A stretch of 64,000 bases of DNA from Octopus vulgaris (GCA_951406725.2 OX597816.1:1116001-1180000); one strand, 5' to 3'. Positions 14,320 to 31,850 are shown, numbered from the stretch's first letter. Numbers and translations: made by a program. Notes: generated by a model from the sequence alone, not told the origin.

Positions 14320-15499
14320 TAATCCCAAATATTGTATTATGCTTCCATTAAATAAAGATTCAGAGCAAAGCAGTTATCGCAAAACTTAAAATCCATTTGT
14401 ATTCTCGTTTTAATGTATGCATGTGCGCATGTATGTATGAATACATGTATGTATGTATGTATGTATGTATGTATGTATGTATGTATGTATGTATGCACGC
14501 ATGCATGTATATATGTAACACTAGTGGCTTTCAATTACAATTTCACGGTGGCAGTTAAAGTAGGGTATCGATCGCTGATGGAGATATAGTAGCAGATACA
14601 GCGTCACCGGCGATCGATCCTCGTTTTAATATCCACTCAGAGAGGTTGTACAATGAAGATGACAAGCGATTACATCTGTCTCATGCATCTCGTAAATTAT
14701 TAATTAATTAATTTACGAACAGTGATAGCTAAAATCTCTGGGTATATTCAATAGAGAACTTCAGCATAAAATAATATAGACGTGGACAAATTGCTGAAAC
14801 AATCATCAATACATGGCACTCGAATACATTTTGACAATTACAAGCTTTAGTGACCGGGGCTCCTCTCTTAGTACTATTGGACATATTGGTGTTTTGTGTG
14901 TGTGCGCGCGCGCCTGTGTGTGTGGATCAAACTCCTCATTCAAGATATAAAGCAAGTCAACAATTATGTTTGGTGCTTGTGTGTGTATGTATGCGTGTTG
15001 TTGTTGAAATGCATGTGACTAGAGATCATCAGTGTTAGATGAAAGTCAGAAAGTGTGTTGACTGATAAAATACCAAGCGATAATGAGTTTGATTTGTTCA
15101 GTTTGGTATCCCACTTGGTTTCATTGTCTTAAAGTTGAGATAAGCAAGTCTCATACCACGAACACAGATGACTTTCACATCGAACACCGGGCATTGTTCT
15201 TTGTTTGCAGGCCAAGATCTTCGTTTAATTTAATTTAATCGTATTCTTATACGACTTTTCATGGTGCTTTTGTTTCAAATGTTACTTTTCCGAATTTCCA
15301 TAAATGACCCTCCCACCAAAAAACGGCGAAAGGATTTTATGAGAATGAGAGTCAGTTCTCTTGTATATAAAAATTAACTCTCCTTTCTTATGTTGAGTCT
15401 GTTATCAAGTAGATGGATCTCCGTCGGTTTCGACGATGAAAATTCAGTTGAACAAATATGATATGGCTGCGTAATTAAAGAGTTCGTTATTCAATCCCT

Positions 15500-15591
15500 C
15501 AATTTAGGGTTCAGTCCTAGCGTGCGACACCTTGGACAAGTGTTTAGAGGCCTTACGAGTAGATGGGTAGATGGAAACTGTGTAAGTCCGT

Positions 15592-15655
<64 letters not shown>

Positions 15656-15842
15656 TGCTTGTATTTATGTTAATTCCCTTCACCACTTGGCAACTGGTGT
15701 TGGTTTGTTTACGTCGCCGTAACTAAGTGGTTCGGCAAAAAAGAACTGATAGAATGAGTACCAGACGTTAAAAATTAAGTTCTGAGGTCAATTTGTTCGG
15801 CGAAAGCATGGTCGCAGTTGAATGACTGTAACCAGTAAAAGT
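15500..15842 (+). mobile_element. SINE family B with internal (TG)n
   Basis: ggttcagtcc...caccttggacaagtg head/core; gtaactaag...gcatggtcgcagttgaatgactg tail. Confidence 0.75.
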
Positions 15843-16318
15843 GAACGGTATTGAATAAGCGAGTTAAGAGTTTGACCATTCCAAAGACATTTCTAATTCT
15901 CAGAAGGAATCAGGGTGATGCTATGTGACAAAGCTAGAGGACATACAAGTAAATCACATTCAACAGGATTCCGCAGTTTCCGTTTGCACGGCTTTACTCC
16001 CGTGGCACTGCTAAAAGTCACTTTCCCAAGGTACCTACCATACAGTGGGATTGAAATTGGAACCTTGTAACTGCGAAGTAAATTCCTTAACTACGCTCCA
16101 TGCTATTGTAATATTCTCTTAAAGGGCTGTAGATTAGCAGATCGGTAGAACTTCAAACCAAACATACTGCACTATTTAGTTCCGTCTCTGAGTTAAAGTC
16201 CAATCATGGCAATATTTACTTTTTGTTCTTCCGAGTTTGGTGCTAAAATATCGCAGTAAGTTCAGAGATTGATTTGACTGTATAACAATCAAATACAGAG
16301 CGGTGAAGTGGAAACGTC

Positions 16319-17241
16319 TGTAGCGTGCAGCCGAGTGAAATTCCTCCTCCCTTCATAATATATACGAGCGTACGAATGTAGCAGATAACAGCTAACCTTT
16401 GGCCGCTATCTAGACCTCGTTGTGTCCACTACTCTGATTGGTTGGAATTGGCGCAATTTGTCTCTTACTCTGTCGCACAATATCTAGCGTATAACCAGTC
16501 GGAGCCCCTAAATAAGATCACGTGAGACAGCATGTTCACAATCCAATTTGAGCCTACTGTTTCTTATAAAAACTCACCTTCTCCTTGTTTCGAGGTCTTT
16601 GGTTCCAGACCTTTTAAGGTCGAGCCACTGACCACACAAGACACAGCCAGTTCCAGCGACAACGCCAGACAACAACACCCGTCCAACAGCATTACGGCAA
16701 TCTCTTTCTTCTTCCATTTTCTTCTTAACGACGTCAACAACATTTCTACATACACAACTCAACCAGCAACATTGCCCAGGTTCTAACATAGCACTGTTCG
16801 CGAATTACTTCATCATGGTTAACAGCGAATATACAACCTGCGAGAACTCCTGTACAAGTGACCCAGGCAGCAGCATTACAGCCACAACTTCGAACGACAC
16901 GTACCGCAACTCCGGCTCTGCATCATCGCCACAACTTCTTCATACAGTATTTCAATCACCGTGTACAACTGACTACGAGCTGGTATTTCTCATTTCTTGT
17001 GTCGATAAACATTCGTCTAACTTCTCATTATAGATTCTTTCACTGTCTTCTTACTGCTATTCTTATATGTACTTAAACCAAACGCATACATCCATTCTGT
17101 ATACACACATACACTTTGTTCTCATGACGGCCTGTCTTTTGCTTTGTATACATGACGCACACACAGACACACAAGTTACCATATCAATAAATTCTCTTAA
17201 ACCTACTGCTCGGTTGTGTCTCTCTCTTTCCAACTGGTACA
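16319..17241 (+). mobile_element. Possible solo LTR (~920 bp)
   Basis: TG...CA bracket, attgg (reverse CCAAT) near 16437, tataaaa near 16565, aataaa near 17186, CpG-richer than flanks; no TSD found. Confidence 0.3.
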
Positions 17242-18318
17242 TTGCATGTATTATACCAGCCTTCTGAATGGAGTCCTTATGAAATGGTTGCTCAACATCA
17301 CCACGACCATCTATACGTCGTTAGAGCATTGGATAAAACACCTTGCAGCATCCATTCTGATTCTCTGTTCTCTAAGTTCAAATCCCGCCGCAGTCAACTT
17401 TACCTTTCAGGCGATCAATTAACAAACCTGTTAGTGTCGGAGAGGATGGCTTTGCGGTAATCATTCCGGACCTCTGCCTTCTGAGTTCAAATGCCAGCGA
17501 GGTCAAGTTTGCCTTTCATCTTTTCTGGAGTCCATGAATAAAGTTCTAGTCCTATACTAGGGTTAATTCTTCTCTTCAGCTTACTTTTCATTTCTGTCTT
17601 TATCTCTTCTGGAAGAAATCCGATGCTGGTCAGATTTGGAAAGCACGCCAACATTTGGTGAGCTTTTTGTTACGTTCATAATGCCCTCACTAGCATTAGT
17701 TTTCAGACATTTTTATTAACCTGGATCATTTGCCTTCATATAGTATACAACAATTGGGTGAATAGGAACAGCATTCAAGAGATAGAATAAGTACGTTTCT
17801 ACTGCATAGTATATTAAATAGTAATACGGAGACAGTTCATAATTATTGAGAACAAATTAAATAGAAAGAATGAAAATGCATCATCACAGAACTACATTTT
17901 TCATGGAATTCATTCCTGTTCAAGTTATAAACTAAGAATTAGGAGGAAAAGGAAGAAAAGGAGGAGGCAGAGAAGTAGCAATAGAAGAGGACGCGAATTT
18001 TTTTATTAGTAGTGATTGTGTAACGGGAGGAGTAGTAGCATTACTAGAAGTGAGAGAGAGAGAGAGAGACGAAGGATATGTAATTCCCTTTCAGATGTAT
18101 ATGTGCGTATATCTATATATCTATATCTACACACACACACACACACTCACATGTGTGTGTGCGCATGCGCGTGTATGCTCTTGTATCGAAGCTGAAAAAA
18201 AGCTTTCACAAACTGTTACTCAGAGTTTTACGTAACCGTTCATCAAACAGTTATGAGAATTCAATATATTAGTTTACTCTACCTTTGGTATTCAGGTACA
18301 ATTTTTGATCAAAATTGT

Positions 18319-18370
<52 letters not shown>

Positions 18371-18464
18371 TGTGCGTGTGCGTGTGTGTGCCAATTTTGA
18401 TCAAAACTGTCTCACAAACGGTGTGCGAAGGTGCATTGTCGGGATGAAACCACCACTCTCCATA

Positions 18465-18500
<36 letters not shown>

Positions 18501-19395
18501 TGTATGTATGTATGTATGTATGTATGTATGTATGTATATACACGCCATACAGTGCATTACACACTGCACAATACAATAGAATATGTATTGTCTCTTTGGC
18601 TAATGGTTTCTTCAACATACTTCAACACATTGACAAAATCTGGATTGGAAAGTTGACGCCAGTTTTCGAAGATAATAAAAACTCCGACGCTAATATTTGA
18701 TTCTATGTTGGATGGTTAAGTTAACGACTTTATGGAGATAAGAGATGCCATTCACCGTTTTAGCTCTTTGTTCAAATCAATCACAGCAAATCCCCTTACT
18801 ACTTCTACTTCTACAACTCACCTCACCCATTTTCTGTTCTCAATTCTCTGAACATCTTAAATTTCCTCCTACGGCTCTGATTGGCCGATTGTATACCAGC
18901 TGACTTCCATACATGAATAAGCAGTATATTTTTCATTCTGATTCTTCCAATGTTGCAATGCACTCAACATAGCAGCATATCGATTATTTACCTGTTTTAA
19001 TTATGGTCTCACCTGAAGATCTGAGGGTTTCAATGTAATGTATTGCATAATTCTATAGAAAGTGTGCATTTATACATGCCTACTTGTAGGATGTTACATC
19101 ACAATAAAACTTCTTAATGAAACATTTGTAGACATAAAATCCAGAGAGAGGGAGGGGGAGGTAGAAGTTTTCTCTAAACCTTTCCCCACTCACCTCTCTC
19201 CATACAGAAACAAAATGGATAGTTTTAGCCAATAAAATTAGCAAAAGAACTCTTTGAGATACGAATAAAGTATGATATCCGCCGCCAGGCTGTGCTGTAG
19301 ATCAGAGAATAGATTATTGTATCCTTCAAATACAAGTAAATATTACAGATATTTCCATGTATTTAGATATCAACGTTTCAGGCAGTTCGTTCTTC

Positions 19396-19426
<31 letters not shown>

Positions 19427-19430
19427 TCAT

Positions 19431-19476
<46 letters not shown>

Positions 19477-19854
19477 ACCATCTTTCCTTCTTTTTTCATT
19501 CTGTCTTCCTTTCTTCGTCTTTTTCTTTCTTCCTTCTTGCCTTTCTCAATTTCTTTTTTTCTTTCATTTTCCCTTTTTCTTGATTCCTTCTTTCTTTCCC
19601 TTCCTTCCCCCTTTAAGCTCTCTCTCTCTCCCACTTCCTTCATTTCTCCCACCCTTCCTCCCAGTCCATGTACAGTAATGGATATCAAAAAAGACTACCC
19701 TGTGTCTGTCTTCTGTGAGCATTAAAACATTGATACATATTTAAGATAAAACAAATGGGTAGACAGACATTGCATCAATCTTAAAGAACTCTTCTACATA
19801 CAACACCTAAGGCACTATTCACTCCGCCCCCCCTCTGTCTGTCTGTCTGTCTGT

Positions 19855-19903
<49 letters not shown>

Positions 19904-20019
19904 GATATAAAAATAATGCTAAGAACATTTATCCGTGTCGTATACATTTAGTTATCTGATTTGGCAACAAATGGATCAAAGATATCCATTTTTTTTTCTG
20001 CCAGCAGATGTGTACATTG

Positions 20020-20111
<92 letters not shown>

Positions 20112-21239
20112 GTGGTGGTGATGGTGATGGTGGTGGTGATGGTGATGGTGGTGGTGATGATGTGCATTTGTTGTATACACTATTATATGTGTGTTAGTTC
20201 CATATACCCTGACACAGATTTAGCTATTGTTGTATTCTTGCTTTTTCATTCTCTCCCTCCTCTCCCTCTATCTCTCACTTTCTCTCCCTCTATCTCTCAC
20301 TTTCTCTCTTTTTTCTCTCCCTCTCTCGTTTTCCCCACTCATTCACATACACACACACATACACATATACATACATACACATACATACATACATACATAC
20401 ATACATACATACATACATACATACATACATACATACAGGATGTAGCTAGGACACTGTATAATGAGATCCGTCGAACAAAGAAATAAGAACCCACGTATGG
20501 TAGAATCTGTAGCTAAACTGACCAGATAGAAAAAGACAGGCAATGTTTGGTTTACCTTTTCTAGAACTTCCCCTGCCCCTTGGTGAGCTGTGCCTTCTCC
20601 AAATGGAGCAACTCAGACACCTATGCAGCAACCGAATCCCATCGTTGTCTAGGGCCACAAGGAGATGACTTTATATCTAACATGGGCCGCCTACGTGCAG
20701 GCTGCTGACTGCATGCTTCCAACCTGTCAGGTCTGCATGCTTTGCCACCTTCCCATCGCCGCAGGACTTCCGAATAAAAAAAATATATAAATATATATCT
20801 AAACAAACAAACAAAAGAACAGAGAGAGAGAAGCAATGCACATGTAAAGGGAAAATACTTTGCAATACCTGTGCAAAGTTTTAGGTTGAGTAAGGCTTGC
20901 ACGACACATCACAGACTGCCTCCACTCTAATGACATTATCGAGAGACAAGCCGAAACAAGATGTCTGCTGTCAATATGAGTCGCAGGCTCAGGGATGATT
21001 TCAAGCATAAGCAAAGGTCGCCAAAATGTCCAATGCCATTCCCTGCATATCTGGTTTTATATCAGAGTAGCCTTCTCCTAGAGAGACATGCTTCAACAAG
21101 AGCTAAGGGATGCCTCACTCCCAATAGTTGTCCAGCACGCCGGACACTATCCCGGAATTTGTGCGTGCCCGTGCTATTGCTAGGTAGTCGTTGAACCGCA
21201 CTAGGTTCATCCGGCCTTTTAACAGGTCTTGTTTTTAGT

Positions 21240-21370
21240 CCTGCTGGGTTTCTAGCAACCCTCCTCACCAGGCGAGCCTGGTGGAGGTGCCCGTTTAGTC
21301 GCCATTAGTCTGACCATGCACCAGGTTGTACCCGGTTCCATCTTACCAGTAGCATTCATGAGAGCCTCAC
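21240..21370 (-). mobile_element. RTE-like LINE 5' UTR remnant
   Basis: Reverse strand ggcgactaaacggg ... gaggagggttgctag resembles RTE-clade 5' UTR motifs. Confidence 0.4.
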
Positions 21371-21394
21371 AAGTGACATGCATGTGTATATAAA

Positions 21395-21601
21395 GTTAAT
21401 CCAAACATGAAAGCACAAAAAAACACAACAACGCGAGAACGTGGAACAAATATAGTATTATTGGACGCTCAAGAAGGAAGGGAAGAAGGAGGGTTTAACG
21501 TTTCGAGCGGAACTCTTCGTCGGAAACATAGGAGAAGGAAAGATCCAGAGAAGGGAAGGCAGAGGGAAAAAAATCGCCAACGGTACACACGCGGTTACAT
21601 T
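21395..21601 (-). mobile_element. Penelope-like pLTR end with minimal hammerhead-like motif
   Basis: Homologous to 55560-55745, which follows a GIY-YIG fragment; reverse strand gttt-ccgacga-a-gag-ttccg-ctc-gaaacgt-t-aaac. Confidence 0.65.
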
Positions 21602-21699
21602 TATATCACGTGATCATTTGAGCGATCAGGTAATCGGATGCTGTTATGCATCGTTGGTCACAAAGCGCTTTGCATTGTTTTAGCCATGCGCCTTCACAT

Positions 21700-22635
21700 A
21701 TATATGGATTGGATAAAATAATGGAAACACTTAGCATCATAGTATCATAATTTTGAAATATCTATAAAACCGTCAAAAGCTTGTTTATTTTTATGGGTTT
21801 TTTTCATTTATTATTAGTGTTGTTTAATATGTTTTGCTAAAATTGCTGTTTCTTTTCAGATATCATCAGAAAAAGGTAATTAAAATTCATTAAAATGACA
21901 GATCTTTAGGACTTTCAAAGAGGTTGAATTGTTGGTGCTCGTATGGCAGGCGCTAGCATAAGGAAAACAGCCGAAATGTTTGGTGTATCAAGAAGTACTG
22001 TCTCGAAAGTAAAATCAGCTTTTGAGAAAGAGGGAAAACCCTCCTCGTCGAAACAAAACCAAAACTTTCAGATAGGGACCGTCGGACTCTTACGCAAATT
22101 GTTAGAAACGATCACAAAAGTACAGCTCCCAAAATAACTGCAGAGTTTAATGACCACCTCGAGAACCCAGTTTCCATAAAAACTGTTCGCTGGAAGCTGC
22201 ACAAAGCCGGATTTCATGGGAGGGCTGCAATCAGAAAACCACTACTTTCAAAAACAAACGTTGCAATGCGTTTAGATTGGAGTAAAAACCCACAGAATTG
22301 GTTCCTTGTGCAGTGGAAGAATGTTATTTTCTCGGACGAGTCATCCTTTACTTTATTTCCGACCACCGGCCGAGTATACGTATGGAGACAGCCAAAAGAA
22401 GCATTTGACCCAGACTGCTTTCTTTCAAGTGTTAAACATGGAGGAGGATCTGTGATGATCTGGGGGACTATATCTTGGAAATCCGCCGGCCCAATGGTTT
22501 CCCTTCATGGCAGAATTAATAGTTAAGACTATTTAAGTATTTCATCTCATCAAATTCATCCTATGGTTGCGGAACTGCTTCAGAATGATAATGCACCAAT
22601 TCACACAGCTAAGGTTGTTAGTGAATGGCACGAGG

Positions 22636-22640
<5 letters not shown>
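21700..22640 (+). pseudogene. Tc1-family transposon, degraded transposase, 3'-truncated at (TA)n
   Basis: From ATG 21895: IVGARMAGASIRKTAEMFGVSRSTVSKV (HTH), WKNVIFSDESSF (first D), VKHGGGSVMIWG, QNDNAPIHTAK (second D); stops and frameshifts. Confidence 0.92.
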
Positions 22641-22685
<45 letters not shown>

Positions 22686-22691
<6 letters not shown>

Positions 22692-23321
22692 TTGTTAGAT
22701 ATAGAAATACCCACAACTTCATCAACTCCAAACGATATTAACCCAACCAAACCATAAAATGTTAAATACTATACTTACTATTTATATTCATAATCCCAAG
22801 TTTTCATATTACGGACTTCACGTGTTTCATGAGGGTACTATGAAATTATTTATTGACTTATTTATACTTACATACTTGTATATACGTATAAATAAGTAAA
22901 TAAATAACTTCATGAAGTTATTTATTGACTTATTAATACTTATATACTTGTAATTTATTGTGATAAACAGTAATATATAAGGAGTAGTTATACTTATAAA
23001 CGTGGGGAAAGTAGTCCTGACGATTGGGAGTACGTAAACATAAGTTTTTGAATGAGACTTTGTGTCTTAACAATACCATACGTACCCTCATGAGACATGT
23101 GTAGTCCGTAATATGAAAACTTGGGATTATGAATATAAATAGAAAGTGTATTAACATTTTATGGCTTGGTTGAGTTAATATCGTTTGGAGTTGATGAAGT
23201 TGTGGGTATTTCTATCTCTAACAATATTTTGATATATATGAATTAATTACTGAGAGTAATTCAATTTAATATTTTTAATTTGAATGTCTCATTCCTGTGG
23301 CACTGGAATTGATATTCCCTA
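22686..23321 (+). mobile_element. Penelope-like fold-back pLTR with hammerhead motif
   Basis: ~150-bp inverted arms 22686-22838 / 23082-23230; ctgacga (23017), 12-bp stem II, gaga-catgtg-ta; the inverted copy retains gaaa-cacgtg. Confidence 0.65.
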
Positions 23322-23338
23322 ATAATAATAATAATAAT

Positions 23339-23803
23339 ATGCAGTACTAAGCAGTGGCTCTCATGGCTTCTGATCTTAACTGATTGGAAGTGTTATCATG
23401 TACATTGTTTTGTCTTGGTATAAAAGATGGGCTACAGCAAATATTCTGCTCAACACCACAGATTTGCTTGTCACTTGTTTGACCTTAACCAGTTGAGCAT
23501 GTCCCTTAGTGGCTGACGATATGTGCATCTCTGATCACGAGCAGAAGTAGTGGGGGAGCATCATAGCCATGTGTTGAGAGGGATTCTTTGGGGTTTGAAT
23601 AATTCACCTCTGGAAACATGGGTGGTTCTTTCAACATCCTTAAACAACCCTTATTCAGGGACCTTTTGAGCGGGATGGGCTACTCAACCTGAAGAAAATT
23701 CTAACTGGGCCCCCACCTGCAAGGTTATGTGCTGTTTATCTTGATATGAGATCACCATGTCGCGCACATATGGTTGTGATGCATGTGCCTGGTATACCTT
23801 TAT
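23339..23803. repeat. Unclassified interspersed repeat, copy 2, starting directly after (AAT)n
   Basis: High similarity to 8141-8529. Confidence 0.8.
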
Positions 23804-23966
23804 CAATGTAAATGTTTGTGTAGTCATGATGGAGTATTTCTCTATTCCCTCCCCAAGCTTTCAGCTATATTTCAACAACTCTTACCCTTCAGTGTCCTAG
23901 GGCTGGGTTGCCCCGGCAGGTGGCATCAAACATGCAGATTAAAAGTAAATGACAATAATAATAATA

Positions 23967-24054
<88 letters not shown>

Positions 24055-24453
24055 TATATATTTTGTGATTAGGTTATATTTTTTATGATTAAATGATCTT
24101 AGCAGAGCAGTTGTTCTTGTTGTTGATCCCCAGTCTCAAGTGTCAAATCAGCTCTTATGGACCAGATCTATGATCAAAAGTGTTCCATTCATGGCCATGT
24201 ACCTGTTTCCAAAATTACATTTTCGGATATGCTCTACTCATACTTTGAAGAAGTTCGAGGTGAAAAGGACCTGAAGAAAAAATTGGTTGCTTTTTCTGCT
24301 AGATCAAGTTACTGTCAAGAGGCACTCTGGCTTGGAGCCGAGTAATTCTAATTCTAAACTGGTTTGGCAACATCAACTGTTTTCCTGTAGATTCTGTTCC
24401 ATTTTTATTCTTCTGAATATCGGGTTAACTTTGTGGGGGGGTTTTCATCATAG

Positions 24454-24598
24454 TGGCTGTGTGGTAAGTAGCTTGCTTACCAACCACATGGTTCCAGGTT
24501 CACTCTCACTGCGTGGGACCTTGGGCAAGTGTCTTCTACTATAACCGACCAAAGCCTTGTGAGTGGATTTGGTATATGGAAACTGAAAGAAGTCCATC

Positions 24599-24638
<40 letters not shown>

Positions 24639-24846
24639 GTATATATGTATGTATGCATGCATGTGTGTGTATATGTTTGTGTGTCCGATGCTGGTGTGTT
24701 TACATCCCCGTAACTTAGCAGTTCAGCAAAAGAGACCGATAGAATAAGTACTAGGCTTACAAAGAATAAGTCCTCGGGTCGATTTGCTCGACTAAATGCA
24801 GTGCTCCAGCATGGCCACAGTCAAATGACTGAAACAAGTAAAAGAG
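24454..24846 (+). mobile_element. SINE family B, near full length
   Basis: tggctgtgtggtaag (A-box-like), ggttcactc (B-box-like), accttgggcaagtgtctt (CORE-like), internal (TA)n, tail gtgctccagcatggccacagtcaaatgactgaaacaagtaaaag. Confidence 0.85.
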
Positions 24847-24924
24847 TATACCGAATTTTGATATCAGAAACGATCGTATTACCAAAAATTGTCTCTAAAC
24901 GCTAATAATAATAATAATAATAAT

Positions 24925-28757
<3,833 letters not shown>

Positions 28758-28786
28758 TAAAATGATGATGATGATAATGATGATGT

Positions 28787-29930
28787 TTTCTTTATCAATC
28801 ACTAAAGGTTCACAAAAAAAACATCGTGGACGGCACAGGACAATAGAACGTGAGGTTTACATAAAAGCGGGTAAAAAGTAATTAAAAAAAACTAACAAAA
28901 AAATTATAACACTGAATAATTCCCCCAAAGAAGGAGACTTCCCAGGGCTGCTCGGTAAGACCCCACAAAGCCATTGTCACTCTGACCCTTAATCAAGTGC
29001 ACTCTCCATATCCTTCTCCTTTAACCTACAGGCGCACGCTTAGAGTAGGCCAATTTTCACTCGGACCAATTTTACAACATTCACCCATCTTTTCATTAAA
29101 ATGCTAGGTGGCAGCACTTGCCTCTGTAACCTCACTTTCCTTTTCAAGTGAAACTTGAAGAAATTGATGAAGGTTTTGCCAAAGAAAAAAGTGTCTGTTT
29201 ACAACTCTTTTTATCTGGTCCTCTTTCGTTAGAGCCACCAGGCAAAAGAAAAAAAACTGTCCTTCTCGGCCAAAGGAAGACAATGAGACTATCTTCACAA
29301 TGAACTCAGCCGATGGCCAGATTCGTCGTACACGTGACAGCAGGCGTTCGAATTAAAACCCATCAGTCAGTAATACTTGACACTGGACGAGAGTGTGTAG
29401 AAGTGCTTCGTCGGTCGGCGTGCATCTTGGACAAACCCGGCATCTTGGAACTTCCACACCTGTAGAGTTTATCCCGAACCGGCAATGCCCTCCAGTAGCA
29501 CTGCCAGGCTAAGGATCTCTGGAAATTATCCACAAGCACCGGTTCGAAAGTCTTCCGGAACAGACCTTCCAGTTGATTCTCTTCAACGCCCAGAGTCTCC
29601 TGGAGAACGTCGTCGCACTTGTCCACCACTAACCCTCAGTAGAACGCCTGAGGTGATCTTGTCCCGACCGCATTGCCCGATTAACAAAGGGCTATGAGCA
29701 CCGGAGAACACCCTAGATGCCAGGCGCACTGCTTCGGTCTACACTTGATCCTGGAATGCAACTCAGTCAAAAGGACAAGCTGTGACAAATTTTGTCTGAC
29801 AAACGGCAACCAAACTTGGCTGAAAGCATCCCTTCCACAGAAAGCTAAAAGAGTATACATTCCAATTTGGTCAGACTTAAACTGGGGCAAGGCACGACAG
29901 TAATATATGACGGAGGCAATGTAAGCATAC
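28787..29930 (-). mobile_element. L1/Tx1-like LINE 3' fragment
   Basis: Reverse-strand peptides FQRSLAWQCYWRALPVRDKLYR followed by a degraded Cys/His knuckle, and AFLWKGC; 3' end ...tgataaagaaa next to (ATC/ATT)n. Confidence 0.65.
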
Positions 29931-29937
29931 ACCACTC

Positions 29938-30614
29938 CTTTCTACCATAGGCACAAGGCCCGAAATTTTGGGGAGGAGGGGCTAATCGTTACTATCGACC
30001 CCAGCACGCAACTAGTACTCTATTTTATCAACCCAGAAAAGATGAAAGGTAAAGTCGACCTCGGCAGAATTTGAACTTAGAACATAAAGAACTAGAAGAA
30101 ACACCGCTAAGTATTTTGCCAGTCACTCTAACGATTCTGCCAACTCACCGCTTTAATGGTGATGACGACGACGACGACGTCGATGGTAATAATTCTTCCT
30201 TCTATAGACACAAGGCCTGAAATTTTGTGGGAAGTGGGTAAGTCGATCACTTCGACCCCAGTACTTTATCGACTCTGAAAAGATGAAAGGCAAAGTCGAC
30301 CTCGGCGGAATTTGAACTCAGAACGTAACACCAGATTAAATGCGGTAAACATTTTGCCCAGCGTGCTAACGATTCTGCCAGCTAATGATAATAACACTAA
30401 TAATGGTTTCAAATTTTGCCACAAGGGCAGCAATTTTGGGGAAGGGGTTAAGTCGATTACATTGACCCCAGTACAACTGGCACTTATTTTATCGACCCCG
30501 AAAGGATGAAAGGCAAAGTCGACCTCGGTGGAATTTGAACTCAGAACGTAGCGGCAGACGAAATATTGCTAAGCATTTCGCCCGGCGCTAACGATTCTGC
30601 CAGCTCACCGCCTT
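29938..30614 (-). mobile_element. Three tandem SINE family A copies
   Basis: Units ~29938-30153, ~30195-30383, ~30405-30614, each with gatgaaagg(c/t)aaagtcgacctcgg..gaatttgaact and ctaacgattctgcc. Confidence 0.9.
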
Positions 30615-30664
30615 CAATAATAACACCAATAATAATAAAAATAAGAATAAGTATAAGAATAATA

Positions 30665-31420
30665 ATGCACTGAGGCAAGCATTGAGAACTAATTACACCA
30701 AGTTCCAAATAGATAAGAGCAGTGAACCACTCCTTTGTAGGATGTGTGGCAAGAAAAACAAAACAAACTCAGATATTGTGAGGGAGTGTAGCAGCCAGCT
30801 GGTCCAAAGCATTACGAAATGAGGCACGATAACGTGGCTGTGTTTATTTACTGGAGACTGTGTGAAAAGTAGTCTGGGCAGAACTCAAAAATGGTAGAAA
30901 CATGAACCGGAGGACGTCGCTGAGAACAATGAATATAAGATCCAATGTGATTCCCCATTCAATGATCGGAGATCAGACATTGTTGTGATGGATAAAAGAA
31001 AAAAAGAAACTAAGATCATAGATTGCCATAGCTGGGGATGCACGCGCGTAGATGACAAAGAGTTGGAAAAGATGGGAAACTACAGACTACTAAAATACGA
31101 AATTGCAAGAATGAGGGCAATGAGGAGAGTAACTGTTATCCCAGTTGTAGGGGCATTCCAATTACTAACAACCAGATTCGAGAAACGTGTTGGACAAAAT
31201 GGAATTGACATGACTGCAGAGCAGCCCCAAAAGACTGTTCTATTGGGGACAGCCGGGATTTTGAGATTGGTGTTTGGGTGTTGAGTGTCTTCCACAATAA
31301 GTGGTACCAAAGCTTATAATTTGTGGAAAGAGACCCCGTGAGACCTCTGACAATCGGTTGCTGACCGCTCTCACAGAATTAACAGGAGCAAGCAAGACCG
31401 AGAGCTCCGTAAGCTATATA
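30665..31420 (+). mobile_element. R4/Dong-like LINE 3' fragment
   Basis: CRMCGKK knuckle, RHDNVA, RSDIVV, QPQKTVLLGTAGILR. Confidence 0.8.
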
Positions 31421-31439
31421 CAGTGAGACAGAAGTTTTA

Positions 31440-31850
31440 AAAAACACCGAATTGGAAAAAACCAGACCAGGATGAAGTACAAGGCTACTGGCCGAAGAAC
31501 TTTACTCAGTTGCATGAGAGGATCGCTGTGCAACTGGATGACTGCCTGCAGCAAAGTCACGTTCCTGCCTGGATAAAAAGTGAACGAACGCTGCTATGCC
31601 TCAAGGATCCCGTGAAAGGGAACTTGGCATCAAATTTTCGGCCTATAACTTGTTTACCACTGATATGGAAGCTTGTGACCGGTGTCTTGGCGGAAGAGTT
31701 ATACAACCATCTGGAAAGTAACAATATACTTCTAGAAGAACAGAAAGGATAGAGGAAACAAAGCAGGGCAACAAAAGATCCCTTATTAGTTGATAAAATA
31801 ATAAGAAATTGTAGACGCAGATTGACGGGAATGAATGTAGCAAAGATTAT
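31440..31850 (+). mobile_element. R4/Dong-like LINE RT fragment
   Basis: KDPVKGNLASNFRPITCLPLIWKL...EEQKG. Confidence 0.85.

Noticed and set aside
14569-14618. Small hairpin atcgatcgctg...cggcgatcgat
   Set aside because: Short, imperfect and single; not enough to call a pre-miRNA or MITE.
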